Source: Bacilli bacterium
Lineage (GTDB): Bacteria; Bacillota_I; Bacilli_A; RF39; UBA660
Direction of reading: 5' to 3'
Assembly (NCBI GenBank): GCA_050948885.1
Contig: JBMNER010000003.1
Coordinates: forward strand, 93,826 to 157,825
DNA length: 64,000 nt
Part shown: positions 29,962 to 40,151 of the stretch, one piece after another
Layout: each line of letters starts with the position of its first letter
How positions within the stretch are numbered: the stretch's first letter is position 1
Made by a program: the position numbers and the translations under genes
The notes under the pieces: model-generated
What the model saw: the letters and a program-made list of their open reading frames with translations, nothing else
Databases searched by the model: none
Told to the model about the DNA's origin: nothing

Positions 29962-31426
29962 CTTCTCGACCCCCTCTCGCGATAATACCTTTTTGGCCTA
30001 ATTTGGCCTCTAGCGCATACGCTATATTTAAAACTATATCATCCTCTAATATACGGCCAGTAATATTAACCCCGATTGGCATTTCATCCACTAAACCACT
30101 AGGAATCGTAATACTAGGAAAGCCACCAAAATTACCTATCAATAAATGATTCTCCGACAATAAAGAAAAATCAGAAAAATCATCAATCTCTTTATTTAAC
30201 AAAGGAGCGATGCCACGAGCAGCGGGTAAAATTAAACCATCATAAATTTTAAATAAGTCATTAATTTGTTCAACAATCATCCGTCTTAACCTTTGAGCAT
30301 TACGAAAGAAATTCGCTTGATTTTCCTTTTGTAAAACATAGCTACCAAAAATAAAACGTTGTTTTATTAGTCGTGAAAAGCCTTTCGTTCTGGCATCAAA
30401 AATAATATCATCAATCGTATTGCCCCGACCTCTATTGCCAAACAAAAGCCCCGTTAAATTAGCATTATTAGAAGTCGCTTCCGCTCCCGAAATAATTAAA
30501 TAAGCTGGATATAAGGCCTTTAATAATTGTTTATCAATAGTAACCGGTTCAACTACCATGCCTAATTCTTCACAATGCTTTATTGCTAGCTTAAAATTAT
30601 TAATAATTGAACTCCATTCTTTATTATCATTATCTAAATCAATAATTTCTTTAATATAACATAGCTTTTTCCCTTTAACATTACCATCTAACATATGCTC
30701 ATAAACTTTATCATCATCTGGTAAAGTCGTCATATCCCTTTCATCATGACCTTTAATAGCATCAACCACATAAGCGGCATCCTTAACGCTTCTGGTCAAA
30801 CACCCAATATGATCTAGTGAACTAGCCAGTGGAAACAGACCAAAACGCGAAATCCGGCCATAAGTCGGTTTAAAGCCAACCACACCACCAAAAGCAGCCG
30901 GTCTTCTAATTGAATTACCAGTATCAGAGCCAAGGGCAAAAGGAACAATGCCCAGAGCCACAGCGGCCGTACTACCAGCTGATGACCCCCCTATTATGCG
31001 TTTTGGATCCCATGGATTATAAACTTTACCGGTGTGGCCAGTTGTGCCTGAACCACCCATCGCGAGTTCATCTAAAACGGTTTTCCCAATCAAAATCGCT
31101 TTTTTCTTTTTTAATTTACTAACTACCGTCGCATCAAAGACCGGACGATACTCTTTTAGAATGTTTGATGAACCCGTAGTTAGAATTCCTTTAGTCGCAA
31201 TATTATCTTTTAAAGCATAAGGAACACCATAAAGAGGATTATCAATATCCCCTTTTAATTGTTTAGCTTCATCACTGGCCGTCTCTATTAAGGTAACAAA
31301 AGCATTATATTGTTGTTGATATTTTTTTGCTCTTTGTAAAGATTCTTCAACTAAAGTCGTTGGGGTTATTTTTTCCCCTTTCAATTGTTTAAAAATATCA
31401 TCAATTGTTAATTTAAAATTACTCAT
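29954..31426 (-). CDS. gatA: Asp-tRNA(Asn)/Glu-tRNA(Gln) amidotransferase subunit A
   Basis: amidase signature GGSSGGS...; 490 aa. Confidence 0.95.
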   Translation of the reverse strand: MSNFKLTIDDIFKQLKGEKITPTTLVEESLQRAKKYQQQYNAFVTLIETASDEAKQLKGDIDNPLYGVPYALKDNIATKGILTTGSSNILKEYRPVFDATVVSKLKKKKAILIGKTVLDELAMGGSGTTGHTGKVYNPWDPKRIIGGSSAGSTAAVALGIVPFALGSDTGNSIRRPAAFGGVVGFKPTYGRISRFGLFPLASSLDHIGCLTRSVKDAAYVVDAIKGHDERDMTTLPDDDKVYEHMLDGNVKGKKLCYIKEIIDLDNDNKEWSSIINNFKLAIKHCEELGMVVEPVTIDKQLLKALYPAYLIISGAEATSNNANLTGLLFGNRGRGNTIDDIIFDARTKGFSRLIKQRFIFGSYVLQKENQANFFRNAQRLRRMIVEQINDLFKIYDGLILPAARGIAPLLNKEIDDFSDFSLLSENHLLIGNFGGFPSITIPSGLVDEMPIGVNITGRILEDDIVLNIAYALEAKLGQKGIIARGGREDV

Positions 31427-31427
31427 T

Positions 31428-31748
31428 TTAGCTAACCACCTTTGGTACCTTTACTTCGTTATTTACTACTTCATTTGTATTACTTAATAACTCACTTGGT
31501 AAAAGACAATCAACTATTTTATCTTCCCTTAAAGTAATGTCCTTTAGAGTAAATGGGAAAGTTAAGGGTGACTTTTCAGCAAGACCATCAATCTTGTTCA
31601 TTAACTGAATATGTTCTAATATTACTTTAAATTTTGCTTGTAGAACATCATATTCTTCATCTTCCATCGCAAACATTAAACTATTCGCACATTTTTTTAA
31701 TAAGTCCTTATCTACTCCCATTAAATAACCTCCTAAGTCACATGCCAA
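31428..31748 (-). CDS. gatC: amidotransferase subunit C
   Basis: 106 aa; REDK...LPSE...VPKVV C-terminal pattern; lies directly upstream of gatA. Confidence 0.7.
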   Translation of the reverse strand: MACDLGGYLMGVDKDLLKKCANSLMFAMEDEEYDVLQAKFKVILEHIQLMNKIDGLAEKSPLTFPFTLKDITLREDKIVDCLLPSELLSNTNEVVNNEVKVPKVVS

Positions 31749-31797
31749 GACAAAATAATGATTCTAATTATCTATAACATTAAATTAATTAACCTAT

Positions 31798-31873
31798 TGG
31801 CGCCTGATGTAGGACTCGAACCTACGACAATCCGGTTAACAGCCGGGTACTCTACCAACTGAGCTAATCAGGC
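31798..31873 (-). tRNA. tRNA-Asn (anticodon GTT)
   Basis: GCCTGATTAGCTCAGTTGGTAGAGT...; anticodon loop cuGTTaa. Confidence 0.85.
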
Positions 31874-31877
31874 AATT

Positions 31878-32170
31878 AAAAAACAGTTTCTCTCCTATAA
31901 AGGGACGAATAACTGTTAACATTCGCGGTGCCACCCAATTTATCATATCTTTAATATGATCACTTAATCGATTCACCAAAATCGCATAACATGATAACGG
32001 GTTACTTCCGGCTTAACCTACTATTGTTTCGATAAGCGACTCCTGAATGTTATTCATACCATCCTTTACTATTAGGTTTACACCATCCCTAACTCTCTAT
32101 TAGTAGTAGTATTACTTCTTTCAATCACAGTCTCTGTAAAAATTATATAATATCTTATTATGTCTGTCAA
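31878..32170 (-). promoter_or_regulatory. T-box riboswitch leader (probable Asn specifier AAC) with its sigma-A promoter and terminator, ahead of tRNA-Asn-gatCAB-aspS
   Basis: minus-strand TTGACA(32165-32170)-17nt-TATAAT(32142-32147); T-box sequence AAATTGGGTGGCACCGCGAAT (plus 31921..31941); terminator aacagtt...aactgtt plus U-run; AGAGAG bulge; GAAUAACA specifier-loop-like string. Confidence 0.6.
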
Positions 32171-32290
32171 CTAAGATTATGTATTTTGATTATCATACAC
32201 TGGATAGTTGTCATTCATTAGGTCTTATAATAATTATTACCACTAAGCCCAACTTTTTGATATAATATTATTAAGTAAGGGAGTGACAAT

Positions 32291-33280
32291 GTGAAAAAAT
32301 TAATATCAGGCATAAAACCAACCGGCCAATTAACACTTGGAAATTATATTGGTGCCATAAAACAATTTGTTAAATTACAAAATGAATATGAGTCATTTAT
32401 TTTTGTCGCTGATTTACACGCTATAACTACGCCCCAAAATAAAAAACAACTACAAAAGTTAATTAAAGAATTGGTCGCTCTATATTTAGCTTGTGGTCTT
32501 GATTCTTCTAAAAATACTATCTATTTACAATCCGAAAATCCATATCATGCTCATTTATCCTGGGTCTTAAATTGCCACACCTATCTTGGTGAGTTAAACC
32601 GCATGACCCAATTTAAAGATAAAGCCGCCAAATTAAAAAAAGAGGGAATTCCCGCGGGTCTTTATACCTATCCCGTTTTAATGGCTAGTGATATCTTGTT
32701 ATATGATGCTGATGTGGTACCGGTTGGTGATGATCAAAAACAACATGTGGAAATAACTCGTCGCCTCGCCGAACGTTTTAATAATAAATATGGGTCTACA
32801 TTTAAAATACCTGATGTCATTATTACCTCAACTGGCGCCCGTATAAAAGATTTACAAGATCCGACTAAGAAGATGGATAAATCAAGCGTTTCTGATAAAG
32901 GGGTCATTTTAATGCTAGATCCAATCGAAAGTATTAAACAAAAAATAAGGCGAGCCGTTACTGATAATGATTCTATCATTAAATTTGATGAAAAAAATAA
33001 GCCTGGCATTTCTAACCTAATTAATATTTATGCCAACCTAAAAGATATTAGCATTAAGGAAACTGAAGAGGAGTTTAAAAAGGCCAATTATGGCGATTTT
33101 AAAGAAGCCGTGGCGAATCTTGTTACCGAAGTATTAAAACCAATCCAAGATAAATACCACCAAATAATAAATTCTAATATTATTGATGATATTTTAAATC
33201 AGGGTATAGAAAAAGCCCTCCCCATAGCTAAAGCTAAATGCGAATACGTAAGTAAGAAAATAGGTTTAGGCAGGCCCTAA
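32291..33280 (+). CDS. trpS: tryptophanyl-tRNA synthetase
   Basis: HIGH-like TGQLTLGNYIG and KMSKS-like KMDKS motifs; GTG start with RBS aagggag; extended -10 promoter TGaTATAAT at 32258..32266. Confidence 0.95.
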   Translation: MKKLISGIKPTGQLTLGNYIGAIKQFVKLQNEYESFIFVADLHAITTPQNKKQLQKLIKELVALYLACGLDSSKNTIYLQSENPYHAHLSWVLNCHTYLGELNRMTQFKDKAAKLKKEGIPAGLYTYPVLMASDILLYDADVVPVGDDQKQHVEITRRLAERFNNKYGSTFKIPDVIITSTGARIKDLQDPTKKMDKSSVSDKGVILMLDPIESIKQKIRRAVTDNDSIIKFDEKNKPGISNLINIYANLKDISIKETEEEFKKANYGDFKEAVANLVTEVLKPIQDKYHQIINSNIIDDILNQGIEKALPIAKAKCEYVSKKIGLGRP

Positions 33281-33936
33281 ACCCATTTTCTTAAATATGA
33301 TAATTTAATTAAATTATATAAAGCAAAATGTTGATTAGTCCACTCCTTATTTAACATCCTTTTCATTCTTTTATACATAAAATCAACATCATCGTTCTGA
33401 TCATTATACCATTCATTATATAAATACTTTAACTTATCAATATTCTTTTCCTGATATATATGGTCAAACTCATGACTGAGGTGTTTTTTTATTTTTCTTT
33501 CTAACCGGGTCATAAACACATCTTTTTTTACTTCTTTTTTAATTACTTTATATTCTAATATCGTTATTGTCATCTTTGTTGCCATATTAATTATCTCTGT
33601 CTCTTCCTCAATTAAAAAAGCACTTTTAAAAATACTTAGTCCTTTATTATCAAATTCCACCGCTACCGCACGAAAACCATCGGTAAAGATGCCCGCGTAA
33701 TCGATATGTGAGCCAGACTTACGATTAAATAATTCTGTTTTTTGATATAACAAAGTTAATAATTCCTTAGAAACTTTGATTTTATAATTATATATGTCAA
33801 AAAAGGTATTAGAATCCACCCTTAAAATAGATATCTTCTTGATATGCTCAATATCATCAGTTGGTTGCCACTCGTAGAATTCATAAATATAAGGATTATC
33901 AGTCCAATTTAATAATACATCATAAATATAACTCAT
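33277..33936 (-). CDS. hypothetical protein
   Basis: ORF only. Confidence 0.35.
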   Translation of the reverse strand: MSYIYDVLLNWTDNPYIYEFYEWQPTDDIEHIKKISILRVDSNTFFDIYNYKIKVSKELLTLLYQKTELFNRKSGSHIDYAGIFTDGFRAVAVEFDNKGLSIFKSAFLIEEETEIINMATKMTITILEYKVIKKEVKKDVFMTRLERKIKKHLSHEFDHIYQEKNIDKLKYLYNEWYNDQNDDVDFMYKRMKRMLNKEWTNQHFALYNLIKLSYLRKWV

Positions 33937-34144
33937 TATTTAATCCCCCTTTAACAAAGATGGTTAAACTAATAATTACTAACCCAATAAGCGCTAGTAA
34001 ACACTCTATTTGGCCACTAATAAAATATAAATACTCACTAAAACTATATCCTATGGTCATTAAGTTGGTATACATTATTATGTACATAAAACCAATTACC
34101 ATTAAACCAAAACCTACCAAAAAGAAAAATACTCTATAAACCAC
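33920..34144 (-). CDS. small hydrophobic protein
   Basis: two predicted transmembrane helices. Confidence 0.25.
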   Translation of the reverse strand: MVYRVFFFLVGFGLMVIGFMYIIMYTNLMTIGYSFSEYLYFISGQIECLLALIGLVIISLTIFVKGGLNNELYL

Positions 34145-34225
34145 TACTACTCACCTACTAAATTCTATTTACTGTTATTACTATTTATTATATAATTATA
34201 ATATGATGATTATAGGAGGTTAACA

Positions 34226-35041
34226 ATGAATACCATTAAACTTTTTCAATATATACTCTTGGGTATTATCCAAGGATTCACAGAACCATTACCTATTTCG
34301 TCTAGTGGTCATCTGGTTATTTTAGGTCATTTATTTAAAACCAATATTTTTACTGACCTAAATTTTGAAATAATGCTTAATTTTGGTTCTTTAATAGCCA
34401 TTATTCTTATTTATAAAGAAGATATTATAAAAATTATAACCGGCTCTATAGCTTATTTACAAACTAAGAAGCCAAAACATCAACCAGACTTTACTTATAT
34501 TATGTTACTAATCATTGGAACTATACCAGCCGGAATAGCGGGACTCTTATTTAAAGATTTAATTGAACAATTATTTATTAATAATCTTAAATTAATTGGT
34601 TTTAGTTTATTAGTCACCGGTTTCCTTTTATATATTATTCGTAATTCAACCGGAACCATTGATGATAATAAAATTAGTTTTAAAAGTGCTTTTATGGTGG
34701 GATTATGCCAAGCAATCGCGTTAATACCAGGAATAAGTAGAAGCGGCATGACAATTGTTGGTGGTCTACTGAATGATTTTAAAAGATCAACGGCTTTAAA
34801 ATTTTCCTTTTTACTCTACATTCCCGTTAGCCTAGGTAGTTTTATGCTTGGTATAAATGATATTATCACTCACGAACAAATAGCTATCATATGGTTACCA
34901 TATTTACTGGGAACAATAGCGGCCACTATTGTTACTTATTATACTACCAAATTATTTATTAAAATAACCACCGAGGGTAAACTTATTTATTTTGTTTATT
35001 ATTGTTTGGTAGTTGGTAGTTTAGTTTTATTATTATTATAA
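34226..35041 (+). CDS. uppP: undecaprenyl-diphosphate phosphatase
   Basis: LPISSSGHLVIL and PGISRSGMTIVGG motifs. Confidence 0.9.
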   Translation: MNTIKLFQYILLGIIQGFTEPLPISSSGHLVILGHLFKTNIFTDLNFEIMLNFGSLIAIILIYKEDIIKIITGSIAYLQTKKPKHQPDFTYIMLLIIGTIPAGIAGLLFKDLIEQLFINNLKLIGFSLLVTGFLLYIIRNSTGTIDDNKISFKSAFMVGLCQAIALIPGISRSGMTIVGGLLNDFKRSTALKFSFLLYIPVSLGSFMLGINDIITHEQIAIIWLPYLLGTIAATIVTYYTTKLFIKITTEGKLIYFVYYCLVVGSLVLLLL

Positions 35042-35070
35042 AAAAACATCTTTTTAGATGTTTTTTGATG

Positions 35071-36156
35071 TTATTTACTTTCACTATCCACTATATTATC
35101 TAATATCTCCATATCAACCTGACTAATATGTTCAAACTTCTTAGCTATCTTCTCGGTTGTAATATGGAATATTTCTACATCTTTATTAACCGTTTGAATA
35201 CTTCGGGCTAGTTTATTCCACCTATCGCGATAACGATTAAATTCAATGCCTAATCTTTTTAATTCACGATGAATTATACCTGCATATTTATCCCTTTCTA
35301 AATTTTTAATTATCATTTGAATAACCGTAAGCGTACTAATTAAAGTAGTCGGAGCTGTAATCCAAACTCTTTTTTTATAGGCATACTCAACTAAATCATG
35401 ATGGTAGGCATTAATTTCCGCAAAAATAGCCTCGGCTGGTAAAAACATTATGGCTTGATCTGATGTCTCACCCGCAATAATATACTTACTAGCAATATCA
35501 TCAATATGTTTCTTAATATCACTTTTAAATAACTTAGTGGCTTTTTCTCTTTCAATCTTAGTTTTATTTTTATCTACCATCAATTGATAGTTTTCTAATG
35601 GGAACTTAGAATCAATTGCCACCGTATTAAGTGGCGGGGGGGCGAATAATACGGCATCAGCAATCACCCCATTTTTAAATTGGTATTGCATTTGGTATAT
35701 TTTATCATTCTTATCCCCAAAAATACTTACTAAAATGTGTTTCAAATTTACTTCCCCAAAAATACCCCGACTCTTTTTATCAGTTAAAATATCTTGTAAC
35801 GAAACAATATCGGAAGATAAACTATCAATTTTCTTTTGGGCTTCATCTATTTTTGATAACCTTTCTAAAACCGAGATAAAAGTTTTATTCGTTTGTGCGA
35901 AATTTTCATTTAAACGTTCATTAACTTTATCACTAATTAAGTTTAAACGATAATCTAACTTCTCATTTAAGTGATTAAAATCATTTGTTAATTCTTTATT
36001 TAATTCCCCCTTAAAATTACTTACTTCTTTTGTGATATTAGTTTCAAAGCGACCTAAACGCTCCGTGATATTGGCCTCATTAATATTTTTAAATATTGAT
36101 ATTGTAACTAAAATGATAATTAATATTAATAAACCAACAATTAAATACTCCATCAT
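35071..36156 (-). CDS. rmuC: DNA recombination protein RmuC
   Basis: N-terminal transmembrane segment, coiled-coil, RmuC-type C-terminal domain. Confidence 0.75.
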   Translation of the reverse strand: MMEYLIVGLLILIIILVTISIFKNINEANITERLGRFETNITKEVSNFKGELNKELTNDFNHLNEKLDYRLNLISDKVNERLNENFAQTNKTFISVLERLSKIDEAQKKIDSLSSDIVSLQDILTDKKSRGIFGEVNLKHILVSIFGDKNDKIYQMQYQFKNGVIADAVLFAPPPLNTVAIDSKFPLENYQLMVDKNKTKIEREKATKLFKSDIKKHIDDIASKYIIAGETSDQAIMFLPAEAIFAEINAYHHDLVEYAYKKRVWITAPTTLISTLTVIQMIIKNLERDKYAGIIHRELKRLGIEFNRYRDRWNKLARSIQTVNKDVEIFHITTEKIAKKFEHISQVDMEILDNIVDSESK

Positions 36157-36163
36157 TACACTC

Positions 36164-36760
36164 CTATTCTATTCTTAATTTTCGACTTACCAACTTTGAC
36201 AAAAAATAAACCACAATTAACATTAAAATTACTTCAATAGTAATAATGGGATTCTTAATACTATCCACTATATTCATACCAATATAACCCCAAAAATAAA
36301 CAATGACTACTTTTCCAATTAGAAGCGATAATAAGAATTTTCGGGCGGCTATTTTTGACACTCCTGCCCCCACATTAATTAATAAAACTGGTAAAAACGG
36401 AATTGCATTTAATATTACCAATTGACTAAATTCGACATTATTAATAAGCGTCATTATTTTGTTAAAGCGGGGTTGTTTTTTAATTTTTTGATATAAATAT
36501 TTACTAAACCATTTTCTAAAAATTAAAAAAGTTAACATACAACCAACAGTTGTTCCTAACCATGACAAAACAAAACCAAAAACAGAACCATAAGCATACA
36601 TATTTAAAGTTATAAATAAAGATAATGGTAAAATAGGTACAATGGATTCAAGTACAACAATTATAAAACCTAATAGTGGACCTAATCCTTTTAATGATTC
36701 TATAATAAAAATAATAATAAATTCTAAAAATACTAACATATAATCACCGTCTGTTATCAT
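36164..36760 (-). CDS. DedA/TVP38-TMEM64 family membrane protein
   Basis: topology and the FLPVLLINVGAG region. Confidence 0.65.
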   Translation of the reverse strand: MITDGDYMLVFLEFIIIFIIESLKGLGPLLGFIIVVLESIVPILPLSLFITLNMYAYGSVFGFVLSWLGTTVGCMLTFLIFRKWFSKYLYQKIKKQPRFNKIMTLINNVEFSQLVILNAIPFLPVLLINVGAGVSKIAARKFLLSLLIGKVVIVYFWGYIGMNIVDSIKNPIITIEVILMLIVVYFLSKLVSRKLRIE

Positions 36761-36812
36761 TATATTACATCTTTATCTTATTTAAAAGAAAATAAGATAC
36801 TTTTGTACCTTA

Positions 36813-37100
36813 TTATTCTTGTTGCCACGCACGATATCCTCCTATTATATTCACAACTTGATAGCCTTCCTTCGCTAACATTTTACAAACATAAGTACTA
36901 GAACAACCTTTTTCACAATATAAATAATAACATTCATCTTCTTTTAAATAAAAGGAAGAATCAGACAACAATTTATATATGGGAATGTTTTTTGCCTTAA
37001 GTATTCTACCTTGATTAAATAATTTTTCATCTCTAATATCTATTAAATTTATTTTATCACCTAACAACTTTAATTTAGATATAGAAATATCGGTATCCAT
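36813..37100 (-). CDS. single-domain rhodanese-like sulfurtransferase
   Basis: active-site Cys loop YCEKGCSSTYV...GGYRAW. Confidence 0.75.
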   Translation of the reverse strand: MDTDISISKLKLLGDKINLIDIRDEKLFNQGRILKAKNIPIYKLLSDSSFYLKEDECYYLYCEKGCSSTYVCKMLAKEGYQVVNIIGGYRAWQQE

Positions 37101-37193
37101 CGATAACCCTCCTAAGGTATTATATGATACCGATAAATTATAAGGTAGTTAATTTAAAATATATCATCTTCCTAGTATTATTGTTTGCCTATA

Positions 37194-38078
37194 TTAGAAC
37201 GGCATTTCTGGTTTATAACCGACATAATTAGGGCCAATGGTAATCGGGAAAGGAGCTAAATCAGGCCAATCAGGCATCGGTAAACGAATAATCACTTCTA
37301 ACTCCCCCTTAGAATTAATATAGGCACTATCAAAGTTAGTAATATTAAGTTTGTTAATATAATTATTAATTTTTTCTGAAGCCTCCGGATGATCTAAATC
37401 ATAGTCAAACACTTCTAGATAAAGATGTTTGATAGTAGATTTAACCATTCCTAGCTGCTGATTTATATTAACTTTACTATATTTTAGCACTTCATCTTTC
37501 GTCATTATTTTTCCAGTTTGCTTATCAACATTGTAAACTGTATAGGGTGGAATAAAAAGGTGTTCCTGCTGCGCGGCGGCCGTTTCGTATTTTAATATTA
37601 TGGTTACAATATCTTTATTATTATAATAAATAAATTCATTATAAGTAATTGATTGAAAACTCAATTTATCATTATTTTTATCAAAAGTAACCTCATTTAT
37701 TAACCTTTCAAAATCATTCTTTAAAACTTTATTGATATTATCGGCTTTTTCACCATCTAAATTAAGTTGAATTAAATTAATAGTATATTCATCATAACTA
37801 GTATTATTTATCTTAATATAACAAGTCGTCGCCACATAAACAACTTCATTGGCTGTTTTATTCTCGCAAATGAAATATTTTTCCCGTAACTCTCCATTAA
37901 TTAAATCATTATTATTATTGTTATTATCGTTGGAATTGTTATTATGATTATTATTCGGCTCCTTGTTCAAATTGGGTTTAATATTGCCCGTTAATAACGA
38001 ATAAGTAATAACAATAATCGCAAATAAAACCATTATGCCAATAATTATGACAACTTCTTTATTTTCACTTAATTTCAT
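37194..38078 (-). CDS. membrane-anchored protein with a poly-Asn low-complexity tract
   Basis: N-terminal transmembrane segment; NNNHNNNSNDNNNNNND. Confidence 0.35.
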   Translation of the reverse strand: MKLSENKEVVIIIGIMVLFAIIVITYSLLTGNIKPNLNKEPNNNHNNNSNDNNNNNNDLINGELREKYFICENKTANEVVYVATTCYIKINNTSYDEYTINLIQLNLDGEKADNINKVLKNDFERLINEVTFDKNNDKLSFQSITYNEFIYYNNKDIVTIILKYETAAAQQEHLFIPPYTVYNVDKQTGKIMTKDEVLKYSKVNINQQLGMVKSTIKHLYLEVFDYDLDHPEASEKINNYINKLNITNFDSAYINSKGELEVIIRLPMPDWPDLAPFPITIGPNYVGYKPEMPF

Positions 38079-38104
38079 CCAACCACCTTCCTTAATTTAT
38101 AAAC

Positions 38105-40138
38105 CTATTCATCATCAAAAAAGTCATCAAAGAAATGATCCTCATCATCTTCAGGCGTATCATCTTCATCAAAATAAATTAATGGTTTTTTAGTTTCCTT
38201 AGTATCACTAACCCCCGGCTTAAATGCTTGCTGCTTCTTGGTTTCTTTCTTTTTAGTATCATCAACCGATGATAATGGTGATGTTTTTTTCTGAGCTTGT
38301 TCCTTTTGTTCCTCTTCTTCTAAGGCCGCTATTTTAGCGTCTATTTTTTTAACTAGCTCATCAACATTAAAATCCATCCGTCTTGGTGGAATTGGTGGCG
38401 GCGTATTACCGCTATCTAACATTTCAAACAACTTATCTCTTTTTTTAGTTTTTACAAATTCTTTCAAATCAAATAATTCAATTTTTCGCATATCACGAAC
38501 GGGAAAACGACCCTTCTCATATTTCTTTTTAGAAAAGGAATATGCACTTAAATCAGGAAATTTAGTTTTAAACGGGTGTAAACGGTGTTTATTAATAATA
38601 ACTTCACCCATTTTCAAAGTCTGTAATTCACTAACGGTAATTAACGGTTTGGTTTGACCTTTATTATCTTTATCTTTTGATTTAACTTCGCCACACAATT
38701 CACTAATTTCTTTTAACGCAGTTAGCTCACTACTTAAAAGATAAATTAGGTTAGCACAATTACCTTTAATTGTTTCGGCGTTTTCCTTACCATAAACTTG
38801 ATTTAATTGGGCAAAGTTTTGAATAATTAAATTAAACCTTATTAATCTACTACGTGCAGCGGTTATCATTGTTGTTATATCTTTTAGAGGTGGCATATTA
38901 GCAAATTCATCTAGGACAAAATTAGTTCTAACTGGTAACTTACCACCATTTTGTTGGGCTACATCAATAAGCGCTTCATAGCATTGCTTAACAAAAATGG
39001 TTGCTAACGGGTGATAGGTTTTTTTCTCATCTTGAATAATAATAAAGACCGCCGTTTTTTCTCTCCCAATATCATACATATTAAAATCACTATAAGATAA
39101 CATCTCTGATAGTCTTTCACGAGCGGAAAATAATCTTATTTTTTGTTTAAATACCGATAAAATACTACCCTTTGTTTCACTTGGCGCAAATAGGGCACTT
39201 GCCACACTCGTATAAGAAGGTTTCGCGGGATCCTTAGTCGCAAAATATTCCTTAATATAAGTTGAACCACCAAAGGGTTCTTCACCTACCGTTGACATTA
39301 AATTAATACTATTTAAGTTTATTTCTTCTTCTTTAGCGTCTTCAAAGAGAGCCAAAGCTAACCCAGAAAAATAATCGGCGGACGTTTTCTCCCAAAAAGG
39401 ATCGGCATTACCAGGGTTTTCCTCATATAAGATATTAACCGCTAGATCATCTAGTAATTCATTTGCCTTATCTTGATTACCACTTTTATACAACTGATAA
39501 GGTAAATTTAAAGGATTCCAAGCATTACCCTCTTGTGGATCACGTAAATTTATAATAACTATCTTATAGCCTTTCTCCAATAATAAGCCGGCATTATGCT
39601 GATATAATTCCGCCTTTGGGTCAGTCGCAATAAGTGATTCACCCTTTTTGGCTAAAATTTGAATTAACGGATGCGCAAAACGTCTAGTTTTTCCGCTCCC
39701 AGTAGTTCCAATAATTAAACTATGTGGTTCCCCATCATCAACCCATATTTCTTCACCGTCACTAATTATCGGTACCCCACCATAATTAAAATTATTATCA
39801 CTCGCAATAATCCTCTTTAAAAACTTTTTCACTTCGGCTGGTTTTGCCCAACGCGAATATCCCTTATCACTTTTATTAGTAATTAAACCAAATCCTTTTT
39901 CACGATCAAAGAAATAAGAGCCAACACTAAACATAATAACAATCAAAATAATTAGATAGAAAACTATTGTGGGATATAAATAATCACCACGGAAAGCGGG
40001 AAAAGGATTAAAACCATATGAAACTCCTGTTTCCGCAAAAGCAACAAAATTTAAAATACCAATGGCCACTAAATATAATAACAAAATAGCAAATAATATA
40101 AATATTAATATATCCTTTGGTTCTGCCCTAAATTTCAT
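38105..40138 (-). CDS. type IV coupling protein (VirD4/TraG family); start is probably MKFRAEPKD at 40138 with RBS ggagg
   Basis: two N-terminal transmembrane segments, Walker A GTTGSGKT, acidic C-terminal tail DEDDTPEDDEDHFFDDFFDDE. Confidence 0.8.
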   Translation of the reverse strand: MKFRAEPKDILIFILFAILLLYLVAIGILNFVAFAETGVSYGFNPFPAFRGDYLYPTIVFYLIILIVIMFSVGSYFFDREKGFGLITNKSDKGYSRWAKPAEVKKFLKRIIASDNNFNYGGVPIISDGEEIWVDDGEPHSLIIGTTGSGKTRRFAHPLIQILAKKGESLIATDPKAELYQHNAGLLLEKGYKIVIINLRDPQEGNAWNPLNLPYQLYKSGNQDKANELLDDLAVNILYEENPGNADPFWEKTSADYFSGLALALFEDAKEEEINLNSINLMSTVGEEPFGGSTYIKEYFATKDPAKPSYTSVASALFAPSETKGSILSVFKQKIRLFSARERLSEMLSYSDFNMYDIGREKTAVFIIIQDEKKTYHPLATIFVKQCYEALIDVAQQNGGKLPVRTNFVLDEFANMPPLKDITTMITAARSRLIRFNLIIQNFAQLNQVYGKENAETIKGNCANLIYLLSSELTALKEISELCGEVKSKDKDNKGQTKPLITVSELQTLKMGEVIINKHRLHPFKTKFPDLSAYSFSKKKYEKGRFPVRDMRKIELFDLKEFVKTKKRDKLFEMLDSGNTPPPIPPRRMDFNVDELVKKIDAKIAALEEEEQKEQAQKKTSPLSSVDDTKKKETKKQQAFKPGVSDTKETKKPLIYFDEDDTPEDDEDHFFDDFFDDE

Positions 40139-40151
40139 CAATAAAACCTCC

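Noticed and set aside
31878-32290. T-box regulation of trpS
   Set aside because: The T-box consensus is on the minus strand and points toward tRNA-Asn/gatC. trpS has an extended -10 promoter only about 25 nt upstream of its GTG start, leaving no room for a leader.
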